Shown: in pieces, positions 47,501-56,582 of the stretch
Position numbering within the stretch: the first letter of the stretch is position 1
Layout of the letters: every line of letters begins with the position of its first letter
NCBI GenBank assembly: GCA_905178155.1
Contig: CAJINV010000014.1
Coordinates: 124,001-188,000 of the forward strand
Source of the DNA: Amoebophrya sp. A120
Taxonomy: Eukaryota > Protista > Dinoflagellata
Length of the DNA stretch: 64,000 nt
Reading direction: 5' to 3'
Notes under the pieces: model-generated
What the model was told of the DNA's origin: nothing
Seen by the model: the letters and a program-made list of their open reading frames with translations, nothing else
Databases searched by the model: none
Made by a program: the position numbers and the translations under genes

Positions 47501-50500
47501 TTCAGGGACGGCAACACACAGGGGCGCGGTGCTTTCAGCGACGGCAGCAGGGAAAGAGCTAAATCCTTGGCTCGAGGGCAAGAGAACGGCAGGGGATCAA
47601 CCACGCCGCTGAGGTTCAAAACATGCCGCGCCAAGGACCGGCGTCATGCTGCAGGAGCCCCTGCCGCCCTATTGCGACGCCGCTACGCGTGCCACGCCCA
47701 CGCCCAAGGGTATGCGGCGCCTCTTACTGCCGCGGCGCATACCGTTGGGCAACAGGGGCGCTCACCGCACCCCACCGCCCTGATTCAAAGCGTGCCGACG
47801 CGAGGCCTGGCCGTCGGTTGCGCCTCCTTTTGCCGCGATACCCCCTCGGAGGGTAGGAGTGCTCACCACACCGCCCGGATTAAAAGCGTGCCGCAGCGAG
47901 GCCCGCAGGTACGCGGCCACCTGGACAGCGGGAAAAAGACGAGAAGGAATCACAAAGGAAGGCGGGCGCAAGAACAGCGCTTAACACGGGGCGACAGGGG
48001 CCCAGAATCGCGACGGATTCAGGGGCGGGGGAGGGATTCAGGAATGGCAAGGGATTCAGGGACAGGAAGGGACTCAGGAACGGAAAGGGATGCAGGGACG
48101 AAAGCAGATTCAGGGACGGGAAGCTATTCAGGGACGGAAGCAGATTCAGGGACGGGAAGCGATTCAGGGACAGGAAGCAGATTCAGGGACGGAAGCAGAT
48201 TTAGGGACGGGAAGGGATTCAGGGACGGCATCGGAGGGCCTTCGTTGCAGGGGGGGAAGGAGAAGGGACATTCACCACGTCGCCGGCCGCGGTTGGACCA
48301 AACTGCTCCAAAGATCCGCGCCCAAGCGCCCCGGCGCGCTGCGTTTCCTTGTCTTTTTGCCTCTTTACAACTAAACCAACGAAAGACCACCACCACGCCG
48401 CCCAGATTGGGAGCGTTCCGCGCCCAAACGCCACGGCGTGGCGCGCTTCCCTTGCTTTCAGCCGGCACTCAGGCAGCCGGCCCCGGGCATTCTCCGAGGC
48501 TTAAAACTTGCTATATTTTTTCTAATGTCGCGAAGGAAAACAAAGAAAGAAAGTGGCGGCAATGCCGCCAAAGACAACACCCAACCCGAAGACCACCGGG
48601 CAAAAATCATGGGGGGCGGGACACCAAAAACGAACGGGGCCAAGAACTTCGCGGCCAAATACCTAGCGCCCTGGGGCTCCTCCCATCCAGAGAGAAAACG
48701 GCCCAGAAGGGAGGCGACCCCGAGGGGAGGCCAGGCGCGATGTGCAAGATTAGGGGGGGCGGCAATTCGCCCACACAAAAAACCGGGAAACCACCCGGCG
48801 AAATGATCAACAGCAACCACCTAGCCGGAAACAGACCGGGCGGGGCACCTCTTGCCCCGACTAATTCCTTGCCTAAGTCGATGCTAAGGCAGGCGACTAA
48901 CTTCGCGCCTAAGTTCCTGGCTAAATCACGGCTAATTTTTTTCATTGCAAACCCTTTCGCATTCCCTATGCTTGAATTAGAAACAAACTAGACGCGAAAT
49001 TAGACCCCAAATTAGCCCCCCCCAACCCCACCTCTGCGCCCCTCATAAACCTCGGCCGGGCGGGCCGGGGCCATTGATATGCGGCCCGAGACAAATGGAA
49101 AACACTCGCGCCGTTTCCCTCTGGGGCAAAAACTAAAATCGCAGGGGCGCAAACCTTGGAAACCCCGGGCCCCGATGCGCCACGGGCCCTGCAGACACTG
49201 GGGCGGGCAATCTTCGCCAAAAAAATTAAAAAAAATCCCCAGCGCCCCAATTTCCAAAACCTGCAAAAACTACCGACGAAAAAACCCTTGCCCGGGCTAC
49301 CTCTAGAACCCTTGGGGCCCCAGACTCGTGGGGCCACGACGAAAAGAAAAAAGGAGGGCCACAAGCCGGAACAATGTGGGCCCCACAATATTAGAAAAAA
49401 ATCGGCAGCCTTTTAGGCGGCAAATTTGCGAGCCATCGGCCGGCTGACGGCACACAACGGACGCGGCGGGCCACCACACCGCCCGGATTGAAAGCGTTCC
49501 ACAACAAGCCGGGACACCAAACACGAGCGGACTCCGCCGCCTTTTTTCGAGTCACTTAATTCGTGACGTTTCAAGGAAACCGCACGAAATGGGCGCGAAA
49601 CAGGAGCGGAGTCCAAGGCTTGCGGCGGCACTTCCCTGAATTTGGCCGCGCAGGCCTTGGCAGCGCGAATCACGGGCGGACTCCGCCACGTTTTTCCGAA
49701 TCACGGAATTTTGGGCGTTTTACGTAAACGGCAGTAAGTGAACGCGAAACAGGAGCGGACTCCACCACCGCGGCGGCAATTCACGGAATTTGCCCCCGCG
49801 GGCCTTGCCAACGCGAAACGCGAGCGGACTCCGCCACGTTTTTCCGAGTCACGGAATCGCTCACGTATTTTCCGTACGTGAAAAAGCGCCGGCGGCAAGA
49901 CGGAGAGGTCCCAAGCAAAGGCGCCGGCCGGGCCGCACCTTTCCCCGAGCGGAATCGGCCGAAAAGGCCGACAAGTAGGCCGGAAAGTACGCGGCGCGGA
50001 GTACCGCGAAACAGGAGCTAACAGGCACGAAAACAGTTGAAAAGTGCGAAAAAAAGCAAAAAATAACCCAACTTTTTTGCTGTGCCTTTCCCCGAGCGGA
50101 ATCGGGCGATTAAGATGGCAAAAACGCGGTTTGGAGTACCGCGAAACACGAGCTAACGCTCCCAGGTTTGCATTTCTGGGAATTGCGTTTCCACGAGCGG
50201 AATCTGTAAAAAAGCGGGTCGCACAGCGTCACACTCTCCTCGGGAGAGGTGAAAAAGAGGGTCTGCGAGAGGGTCAAAAAAACCCGAATCCCCCCGGCAC
50301 GCGACCGGTGTTGTTTGGGCCTTTTCATCGCGCAGGCCCACACCCTTTCGCGCTACCTTCTCGCGCTACCCTCTCGCGCCACCCTCTCGCGCGACCCTCT
50401 CGCGCTACCCTCTCGCGCCAACGATTTCCGCCGGGAAGCAAATAGGGCGGGGGCGTGTGGGTGATCAAAAAAGGGCAGCGCGGCCCCCGTATTGCTTCCT

Positions 50501-53500
50501 TCGGCGCCTATGCATGTCGAGTCAGCTTCTCTTCGCCCCCAAGCTTCGCTGCAGCTGCTCTCTGCGCATAGCCCCTGCAGGCGCGGGAAGCGCGCAGGAG
50601 GCCCTGCGGGTTGACATGGCGAAAACCGAGCCAGTAGCTCCCTCGGTCTGTAGTTGCGCTGTGCCCAAAGCTCCGGCGCTGCGGTCCAGCCCGCGCATTG
50701 TCCTGCCCCGCCACAACAGCCTTGCGCTCCGGCGTTAGCCGGAGCATGGCTGGTCCGAATAATGCAAAAATCTGTGTTGCATGAGTGCCAAAAGCTGTCC
50801 ATTTTCGACCAAGTTGGAAGGTAGTTTCTCATGCGGGATAGGCATGGCAGAGACCTCACAGACTCTGGCATGCTCGGCCCTGCATTCCAGACCGCATGGG
50901 TCATGGAAAATCTGCATGACAAATCTCGCAATCTTCCAGACCCAGACACTTTTACATTTGATAGTGCTGCTCTGCGTGGCCGTGCCCGAGAGCGGCAGCC
51001 TCTTCTGTCGTTTGTGGTGCGCAAACAGCTTTGCCTTAAAGACCGCGATCTCCTTCTTCGATTCTTTCATCTTGCTCACCAGCGTCACATATGAAATACA
51101 AAAATGTCTGGGTCTGGAAGATTCTGAGACTTGTCATGCACGTTCTGCGTGGGCCATAATGTCTGTGATGCATGCTCTAGCATCACAGACTTTTTGAGGG
51201 CTTCGCGATGTTGCCTATTCCGCATGACAAATTCCCTCTCCGCGTAGCAAAAATTGCATTCCCTTTGCTGCTTATGCAATACAGGTTTTTTTTGGAATCC
51301 AAATGCAGCATCACAAGTTCGGATTCTTCCAGACCCAGACATTTTTGCAGTTGATATCACGTGATCCGACCACTGCCGGATCGCGGTGGCTCGCTTATGG
51401 CGCTCTTAACTGCTACGCTCTCAACTGTTGCATGATTTGTCATGCGAAATCACCTTGGCTATCGACGCCATCAAGCTCCTTCGCATGGCAAATTCTCAGA
51501 CGGTCAAACAGGCTGAGAATCTGTGCCAAATCTGTCATGCAAGACGTGCGAGGTCCTTCCTTTCACTTTTGCCATTCTTGCGTCACGCATTTCATGTAAC
51601 AGTTGAGAATGGAACAGTTGAGAACGCCATATCGCTCGGTCGCCGCCTGGAGCTCCGCCTTGCGCTGTCCGACCGTTATAAGCTCTCCAGGTGTTTTTAC
51701 AATCTACTCAAGCGTTACGAATAGAAACGGAGAAATTTGTGATGCAGAAAGTGCATCATGGAGGTTTAGATTACTCTCACAGGAGGTGGAGTGATGCGCA
51801 TGACAAGTTCCGGAGCTCCAAAGAACCCCATTTGAATAAATATCTGGCGATGAAATTTGTATTGCAAAAAGCGGAACACCAACACTCTATGTGTCTGTCA
51901 TGCTGATTACTTACGCAAGACAAAGGCCAGACTCTATATGCAACTAGGTTTGAGATTGTAACATGTGATCACCAGGTCATAGCCGTCTCCAGCATCTTCT
52001 TCTCGTCCTCAGAGACGAGCATCTGCACCCGGCTCTTCATATGCTGTGCAAATGTATCGCACTCGTGGTAATTGCAATCATGCATTGCAAATCTTTTCCC
52101 TTATCGTAAATCCGCATTTACAAATTTTATTTCTCAACATGCTGAAGAAATTTGTAAATGTAAAAATGCATTTATACGAAAAATACGATACTTTTGCAGG
52201 TCATACTTCAGCGCCAGCGCTGTGCTCTCCTCCTGCCGCGTCTTCTCCTTGCTGCCTTCTTCCTGCGCCTTACGGTCCTGAGCCTCCTCGTCTTTTAACT
52301 TCCTTTCGTCTTCCGAGGCCCGCCACTCCGCCTGCGCAAGGTCGGCCGAGCTCTTTCGCAACTTTTCGGAAAAGGATATGCATTGCAAAAGTATCGTACT
52401 AGTATATTAAATCGCTATACAAATTTCTCCAGAAGGAAAAATCGAATTTGTAATGCTGATTTCGCTAAGAAGCAAGATTTGTCATGCATGATTGCAATTA
52501 GTACGAGTACGATACTTTTGCACAGGATAAAGGAGGCCTTGAGCCAATCTTCGTCTCTCTGCTTATGGAACCGTCGGGATCGCAATCGACAAAGTTGAAA
52601 GAAAAATCGGTGAGATGCTGCATAAAAGGAGAGGCAAGACGTGACTGTCTTGCAGGGATTTTTGCGAGTGAAGCCGACTGTAAGTAAGCCTGTGTCGGGT
52701 TTCGGTTTGGGATAGAGCAAGAGCTGCATAAGTAGCATGACAAAAGATGGAGATGCCTTCTTTTCCTAGAGAACATGACAGACTGGATTTACGTGATTCC
52801 GAACTTTATTGTCAACATGCGCTCCTTCGAAATTGGGCTTCAAAGAACGGGTATCAGTTTTATGCATCGCAAATGTTTTCAACTTTGTCGATTTCGATCC
52901 TGACAAGTCCATACCGCTCACCGCAAAAGTAATCCATCTTACAGGCCTCCTCCGCTGCCTGCCTCCTTTTGGCTGCGGTCTTTTCCACGCGGAACTGCAA
53001 GCGCCGGGCACCACCTCCAGCAGACGTGCCCGCAGAAGTTCTTGATGCGGCGCTTTCCTCTTTCTTTATTTCGGAGGTCGATTTCCCTTCTTGTTGTTCT
53101 TGTTGTTCTTGGCCCTCGCCTTCCTCGGCTGCATGGATTCTTGCTTTATTATGGCGCTCTCAAATGTTACATTCTCAACTGTTACATGGATTCGTCATGC
53201 AAAACTACCTGGAGCCGCCAGATGATCAAGCGGCTACGCATGACAAATCCCCGGAGGGCTAAACAGCATGTAAATTTGTGCGGAATTTGTAATGCAAAAG
53301 GAGCAATCTTCCCCCTTTCACTTTTGCCGTTCTTGCATTACAAATTCATGTAACAGTTGAGAATGTAACATTTGAGAACTCCATATTTATTCATCGCGCT
53401 CACTGCAGTAGACGTTGCAGACACGACGCTCCTGCCGGCGGATGAAGACGCGGCGGTCTTGGAGCTCTTCGCATGTTCTTGTTGTTGACCTCCACGCTGT

Positions 53501-54141
53501 TCCTGCTGTTCCGCACCGATTTTGACTTTTTGCTTCGTCGTGCTTTTCCTCCTCATTTTCTTTTTACTCAGTGAAGTTGTGCTTGATGTGGTCGTGTGCC
53601 CCCGGTGCTTCTTCGTCTTCACCTTCTCGCCTGCTTGCGCTTCCGCTCCTGCTGCTGCTCGACTGGTTCTTTTCATTACTTTATTAGCTGCAGATGAAGA
53701 AGAGGACAACTTCGAGCGGTCGACTTCTGTTGATCTTGTTCTACTTCCTTTCTTGTCTTTCCGCCGGGCGCTTTGCTCGTTTCGCCGGGCGCTTTGTGTA
53801 AGAGTCGTGGGGGAAAAGGCGGAGACAAAGAGACTAGATTCTCGGGACGGCGACGTCGACGGCGGTTCTGACACTACAGATGTAGTGGACTTGTAGTAGA
53901 GCTTGCATCTGCTACTCTGCCTGGGGAAGATGCTGCGGCTGCTGGTCTTCATCTGTAGCTCCTGCCCACAGGACGTCGTCGAACTTGGCAAGGTCGTCGT
54001 GGTCGTTCCCACAGGTCCTGCTACTTCCGATTGTAGTACCAGTCCACCGAACTGGGCAAGTACCCAACTACAAACCACCGCAAGTACGGCGAGAAGTTGC
54101 GTCGAAAAGAGGTAGTAGCACATCAGGCTGCACAAGCTCAT
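26526..54141 (-). CDS. Gene 3 (multi-exon, about 43 TIR introns): probable secreted or surface protein with an S/T/K-rich N-terminus and lectin/discoidin-like domains
   Basis: First exon 53386-54141 begins MSLCSLMCYYLFSTQLLAVLAVVCSWVLAQ (signal-like; frame stays open to 54810). Rebuilt segments: GYFS|TEYPYLDGALFSG..PRAWWQLELQSFPMIVVEVIL|VTLSPKACGVASLFTW, LQLREVVVYG, and C-terminus KWVWIILPSGT|EDSATRQIRITELAAY|GRTEHEHDAEGF* (TGA at 26526-26528). Confidence 0.85.
26570..26805. mobile_element. TIR intron family H
   Basis: DR gtacg. Confidence 0.9.
26859..27113. mobile_element. TIR intron family A
   Basis: DR cgtgc. Confidence 0.9.
27271..27415. mobile_element. TIR intron family D
   Basis: DR ctagg. 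Confidence 0.9.
27499..27767. mobile_element. TIR intron family A
   Basis: DR tgccg. Confidence 0.9.
27806..27964. mobile_element. TIR intron family D
   Basis: DR ccgcc/ccgca. Confidence 0.88.
28012..28274. mobile_element. TIR intron family A
   Basis: DR cggtg. Confidence 0.9.
28359..28611. mobile_element. TIR intron family C
   Basis: DR cggat/cgcgt. Confidence 0.85.
28701..28872. mobile_element. TIR intron family D
   Basis: DR ctcgg. Confidence 0.88.
28997..30684. mobile_element. TIR intron family G with a 1.5-kb insert; right boundary uncertain by about 3 nt
   Basis: tattccctgaaaa..ttttcatggggaata; insert starts with (gagt)n near 29055. Confidence 0.65.
30740..30888. mobile_element. 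TIR intron family D
   Basis: DR ccctg. Confidence 0.9.
30901..31166. mobile_element. TIR intron family A
   Basis: DR gatgg. Confidence 0.9.
31209..31518. mobile_element. TIR intron family B
   Basis: DR gtgcg/atgcg. Confidence 0.9.
31631..31703 (-). mobile_element. Retroposon 3' end with (ATG)n tail
   Basis: Target duplication ggctgtc. Confidence 0.75.
31851..33710. mobile_element. Foldback element (long inverted arms)
   Basis: ttagacaaggaaaatc...gattttccttgtctaa; arms about 700 bp; target duplication tttgt. Confidence 0.9.
33765..34925. mobile_element. Insert flanked by a perfect 30-bp direct repeat
   Basis: Repeat at 33735-33764 and 34926-34955. Confidence 0.75.
35012..35156. mobile_element. 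TIR intron family D
   Basis: DR gcgtg/aggtg. Confidence 0.85.
35206..35545. mobile_element. TIR intron family B (diverged)
   Basis: TIR recognisable; DR decayed; right end approximate. Confidence 0.7.
35635..35873. mobile_element. TIR intron family C
   Basis: DR gcccg. Confidence 0.9.
35941..36187. mobile_element. TIR intron family C
   Basis: DR cctga. Confidence 0.9.
36457..36775. mobile_element. TIR intron family A (diverged)
   Basis: DR ctgtc. Confidence 0.85.
36816..37077. mobile_element. TIR intron family A
   Basis: DR ttttg. Confidence 0.9.
37138..37297. mobile_element. TIR intron family D
   Basis: DR agttc/agatc. Confidence 0.88.
37352..37590. mobile_element. TIR intron family H
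   Basis: DR gtcca. Confidence 0.9.
37681..38864. mobile_element. TIR intron family B with a nested Helitron-like element
   Basis: DR tttac. Confidence 0.88.
37724..38587 (+). mobile_element. Non-autonomous Helitron-like element, short copy
   Basis: 5' tactatctattatattcatgcgaaa; 3' hairpin gctccggc-gtta-gccggagc then atggctggt; no clear target duplication; same ends as 45166-50754. Confidence 0.7.
38955..39263. mobile_element. TIR intron family B
   Basis: DR ctgcg. Confidence 0.9.
39418..39685. mobile_element. TIR intron family A
   Basis: tgt...ata; DR gtgac. Confidence 0.87.
39741..40046. mobile_element. TIR intron family B
   Basis: DR ctccg. Confidence 0.9.
40078..41628. mobile_element. 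TIR intron family C with a 1.26-kb insert
   Basis: tgtggcgctctcaa..gagagcgccata; DR tgtac. Confidence 0.85.
40266..41521. mobile_element. Insert flanked by a 71-bp direct repeat
   Basis: Repeat at 40195-40265 and 41522-41592, 2 mismatches. Confidence 0.78.
41694..41945. mobile_element. TIR intron family A
   Basis: DR ctccc. Confidence 0.9.
41986..42282. mobile_element. TIR intron family F
   Basis: DR agcgt/aacgt. Confidence 0.88.
42332..42554. mobile_element. TIR intron family H
   Basis: DR cggca/cggga. Confidence 0.9.
42675..42939. mobile_element. TIR intron family C
   Basis: DR gcgtc. Confidence 0.9.
42988..43155. mobile_element. TIR intron family D
   Basis: DR ccaga. Confidence 0.87.
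43278..43398. mobile_element. TIR intron family G
   Basis: DR ccagg. Confidence 0.87.
43530..44398. mobile_element. Outlier TIR element (TTAG...CTAA) lying directly in an exon
   Basis: About 65-bp TIR ttagggcggaaaaatcggcaaatcgcatcatttttg; DR tggag; removal gives QPGYFS|TEYPY. Confidence 0.9.
44420..44740. mobile_element. TIR intron family C
   Basis: DR ctgtg/ctgca. Confidence 0.82.
44588..44648 (-). mobile_element. Retroposon 3' end with (ATG)n tail
   Basis: Target duplication agcttca. Confidence 0.75.
44828..45064. mobile_element. TIR intron family C
   Basis: DR atgta. Confidence 0.9.
46000..47450. repeat. Modular tandem repeat
   Basis: gcggaacgctctcaatctgggcggcgtggtggagtt, about 12 copies. 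Confidence 0.9.
48015..48230. repeat. 18-bp tandem repeat
   Basis: gattcagggacggaagca-like units. Confidence 0.88.
51090..51356. mobile_element. TIR intron family A
   Basis: DR tcaca/tcacg. Confidence 0.9.
51396..51631. mobile_element. TIR intron family C
   Basis: DR tcgct. Confidence 0.9.
51677..51981. mobile_element. TIR intron family I
   Basis: Similar to 5130-5387; DR accgt/gccgt. Confidence 0.82.
52040..52205. mobile_element. TIR intron family D
   Basis: DR cttca. Confidence 0.9.
52377..52529. mobile_element. TIR intron family D
   Basis: DR aagga. Confidence 0.9.
52564..52913. mobile_element. TIR intron family B
   Basis: DR ctgct/ccgct. Confidence 0.87.
53150..53385. mobile_element. 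TIR intron family C
   Basis: DR tttat; frame restored. Confidence 0.9.
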
Positions 54142-56582
54142 CTTCACGTTGGTACCAGTGGCCCTCCTTTTGGTGCTTTTGGCTGGGCGAGGTGGGAGAA
54201 ACGTTTTACTCCTGAAATGGTCGGCGCCGACTCGTCGGCCTGGCTGGCGGTCGGACGGCGGCACAACCTCAACAACCAAAGAAGCCTTTATTCGCGGATG
54301 TTGATGATGCAAAAGGTCATCTGTCCGGCGGCGCGGAGGGAACAAGTCGACGACCCGACGTCGGCCACCGCCTCTAGTACGTCGACTCTTGCAATATTTT
54401 TCACCGAAAAAAAATATTTGTTTTCTGTACTGTTCTCGTGAGGTTGACGGAAAGTATGAGGGCCAGCAAGTACTTCTAGAACCGGATGCGTTCTTTCGTC
54501 GTGGCGGAGGTTCGGCTCCTCGTGCTCCTAGACGATGTGCAGAGGAAGACGAAGAGAGAGTTTCCGAGAAAAAAACTCCATAATTTCCCTGCATGATGCT
54601 CGCCGCAGCGGGTAAGGTGCTCCAGAAGTCGTAGACGTTGAGGGCCACGTCGTCCTTACTTCCCGAGGGATCCTCCTGCCGACCGGTCTCTCCTCGCGCG
54701 CAACTTGGTGTTGTATCATCTTCCTGCATCCGCAGGCGACCGGAAGTCCGACAAAAAAAAGGAGAACACAAGAAAAGAAGGTGCTCCTGAGTGGTTCTTT
54801 CGGGTTTCAACTGAGCCTTATTTATTGTGCGGCGGGGGCGGTCCCACGGAGGATGAGAAACAAGTACTTATCGCGGTCCTCGCCACGAGGAATCATCGCC
54901 GCTGCCAGGAGATTCTGTTCAGGGCCCCAAGTGGACGTCTCCAGGGTCAGCGACGACCTTGCTATGATCTAGGCGACCTCGAGCAATAGCAATACTATGT
55001 CGACGCCACAACTACACGACCACCTTGAAGTTGTGCATCATGGCATATTGGCACGACTCCGATCAATCGACGTCGTGCTGCAGGCCGTGTCCCTGCTAGT
55101 CGAGTAGATGAAACCCGGAGCAAGCCGAATGGTCATTTTCAATTTCAACGCATTTTTCCGTTTCATGAGCATCGCACACTTTATTTATTTCTTTTTTTTG
55201 TTTGGTGCTGTATCCAAATAAATTTTCCAAAAAGTAGGTCCCTTTTCCTTTTCCCGCTTTGTGCATCGAAAAAAGCGGCATTTGAATTTGATTTTTTGTT
55301 TCTAGTATTAATTTTAATTGATCCATCGCCAAGATTCTGGCTCATCTTCATCTTTCGTTCAGTTGAAGAAAGAAACGCAAACATTAAACCAGACCCACGA
55401 GGACGTCGACGTCGAGCAAACATTGTGAAATTTGAACCTCCGACGTTGTAGACGTCCGTCAACAAAATCAATAACGTGGGCCTGGGCATCAAGCTCCTCC
55501 TGGAACACGTTTACTGCAAAGAGAGGCGCTAATATTAAGTAGAAGAATCGCGGGACAGACGACAGAGACTCTCTTGTCGTGCGAGATTCATTCCTGAAGA
55601 TGATTCTTTACTTGTTCTTTATCCAGAAGGTCCAGTGTTCTCTAGGAGCATAAGCATATTCACCTACCCTCCAGCCTGTTCATGCGCAACGACAACAAGA
55701 GACCTGTCGAACATTGAGGGGTTCTTGTTCAACAAGTGTGCTCGTCCTGCTGAGGGTCGGCGTGACCACGACGAGGAGTTCTTGTGTCGTAGGAGCTAGG
55801 CGCTTGTTTTTAGGTCTCATCCAACTATCAAAATCTAGCGGCCTATTTGTTCATTTTCAATATCTATGATTGGTATATAGCACCATCTCTTTTTTCATTT
55901 TTCTCGTCACCAGGGGTTCAAGTTCATGCTCGGCATGAATGTTGACCAGGATTATACTCGATTCTATTATACAAGCGGCACATTATTGTTTGCTAAAAAA
56001 ACATAAAAAGGCTATAAGACATCTGTAATCGTCATGTTTCTTTTTTCACGAAAAACGTTTCAATACTACGCATCTTCAAGCAGGATCTCAGCATCCTCAA
56101 GCGTCTAGGTGGTAGTTGACTGCTGTCCATCCTGATCTTTAACTTTGGAAAGGTTTTTGCGGGTGCTTTTTAAAAAAAATGAGGAGGTATTTGAATTTGT
56201 CCAAAAGAAAAAAACTAAAGACGGTTTGCTCGAGCTCGTCCTCGTCGCTCTTGTTTCTGTGCGACTTTGCTTTAGATAAAATCTTCTTTTTTCATGATCT
56301 TTATAAAGTTCTTTACTTCGTAACTTCTTGTATGTTGCTTTTTCTTTTATTTTGGTGTCCCTTTTCGAAACAGATGCAGTAGCTGTTTAGATAGAACTGG
56401 CATGTATTTTGCACCAGCATGATGGCACTAGCGAGTTCGTTCCCGCTGCTCTCATCTTCCGATCCCCGATGCAGTTGCACCCAGCCCAGGGGTTGTACTT
56501 CCAACGGACAGTGGTAGAAGTAAGTACTACTGTGGTCCTGCAATCACTGCAAAGTGCATTTCCATTTCCTACCAGCACCTTG

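Larger units (their letters stand above)
45166..50754 (+). mobile_element. Non-autonomous Helitron-like element, long copy
   Basis: Same 5' end and 3' hairpin plus ctggt as 37724-38587; GC-rich repeat cargo. Confidence 0.7.
45105..50963. mobile_element. TIR intron family A expanded to 5.9 kb
   Basis: DR gtgct. Confidence 0.87.

Noticed and set aside
47411-48991. 526-aa ORF
   Set aside because: Runs through GC-rich tandem repeats inside a Helitron-like insert; no recognisable domain.
54142-54810. N-terminal extension of gene 3
   Set aside because: Frame is open but low-complexity; the signal-like segment starts at 54141. Left unresolved rather than called.
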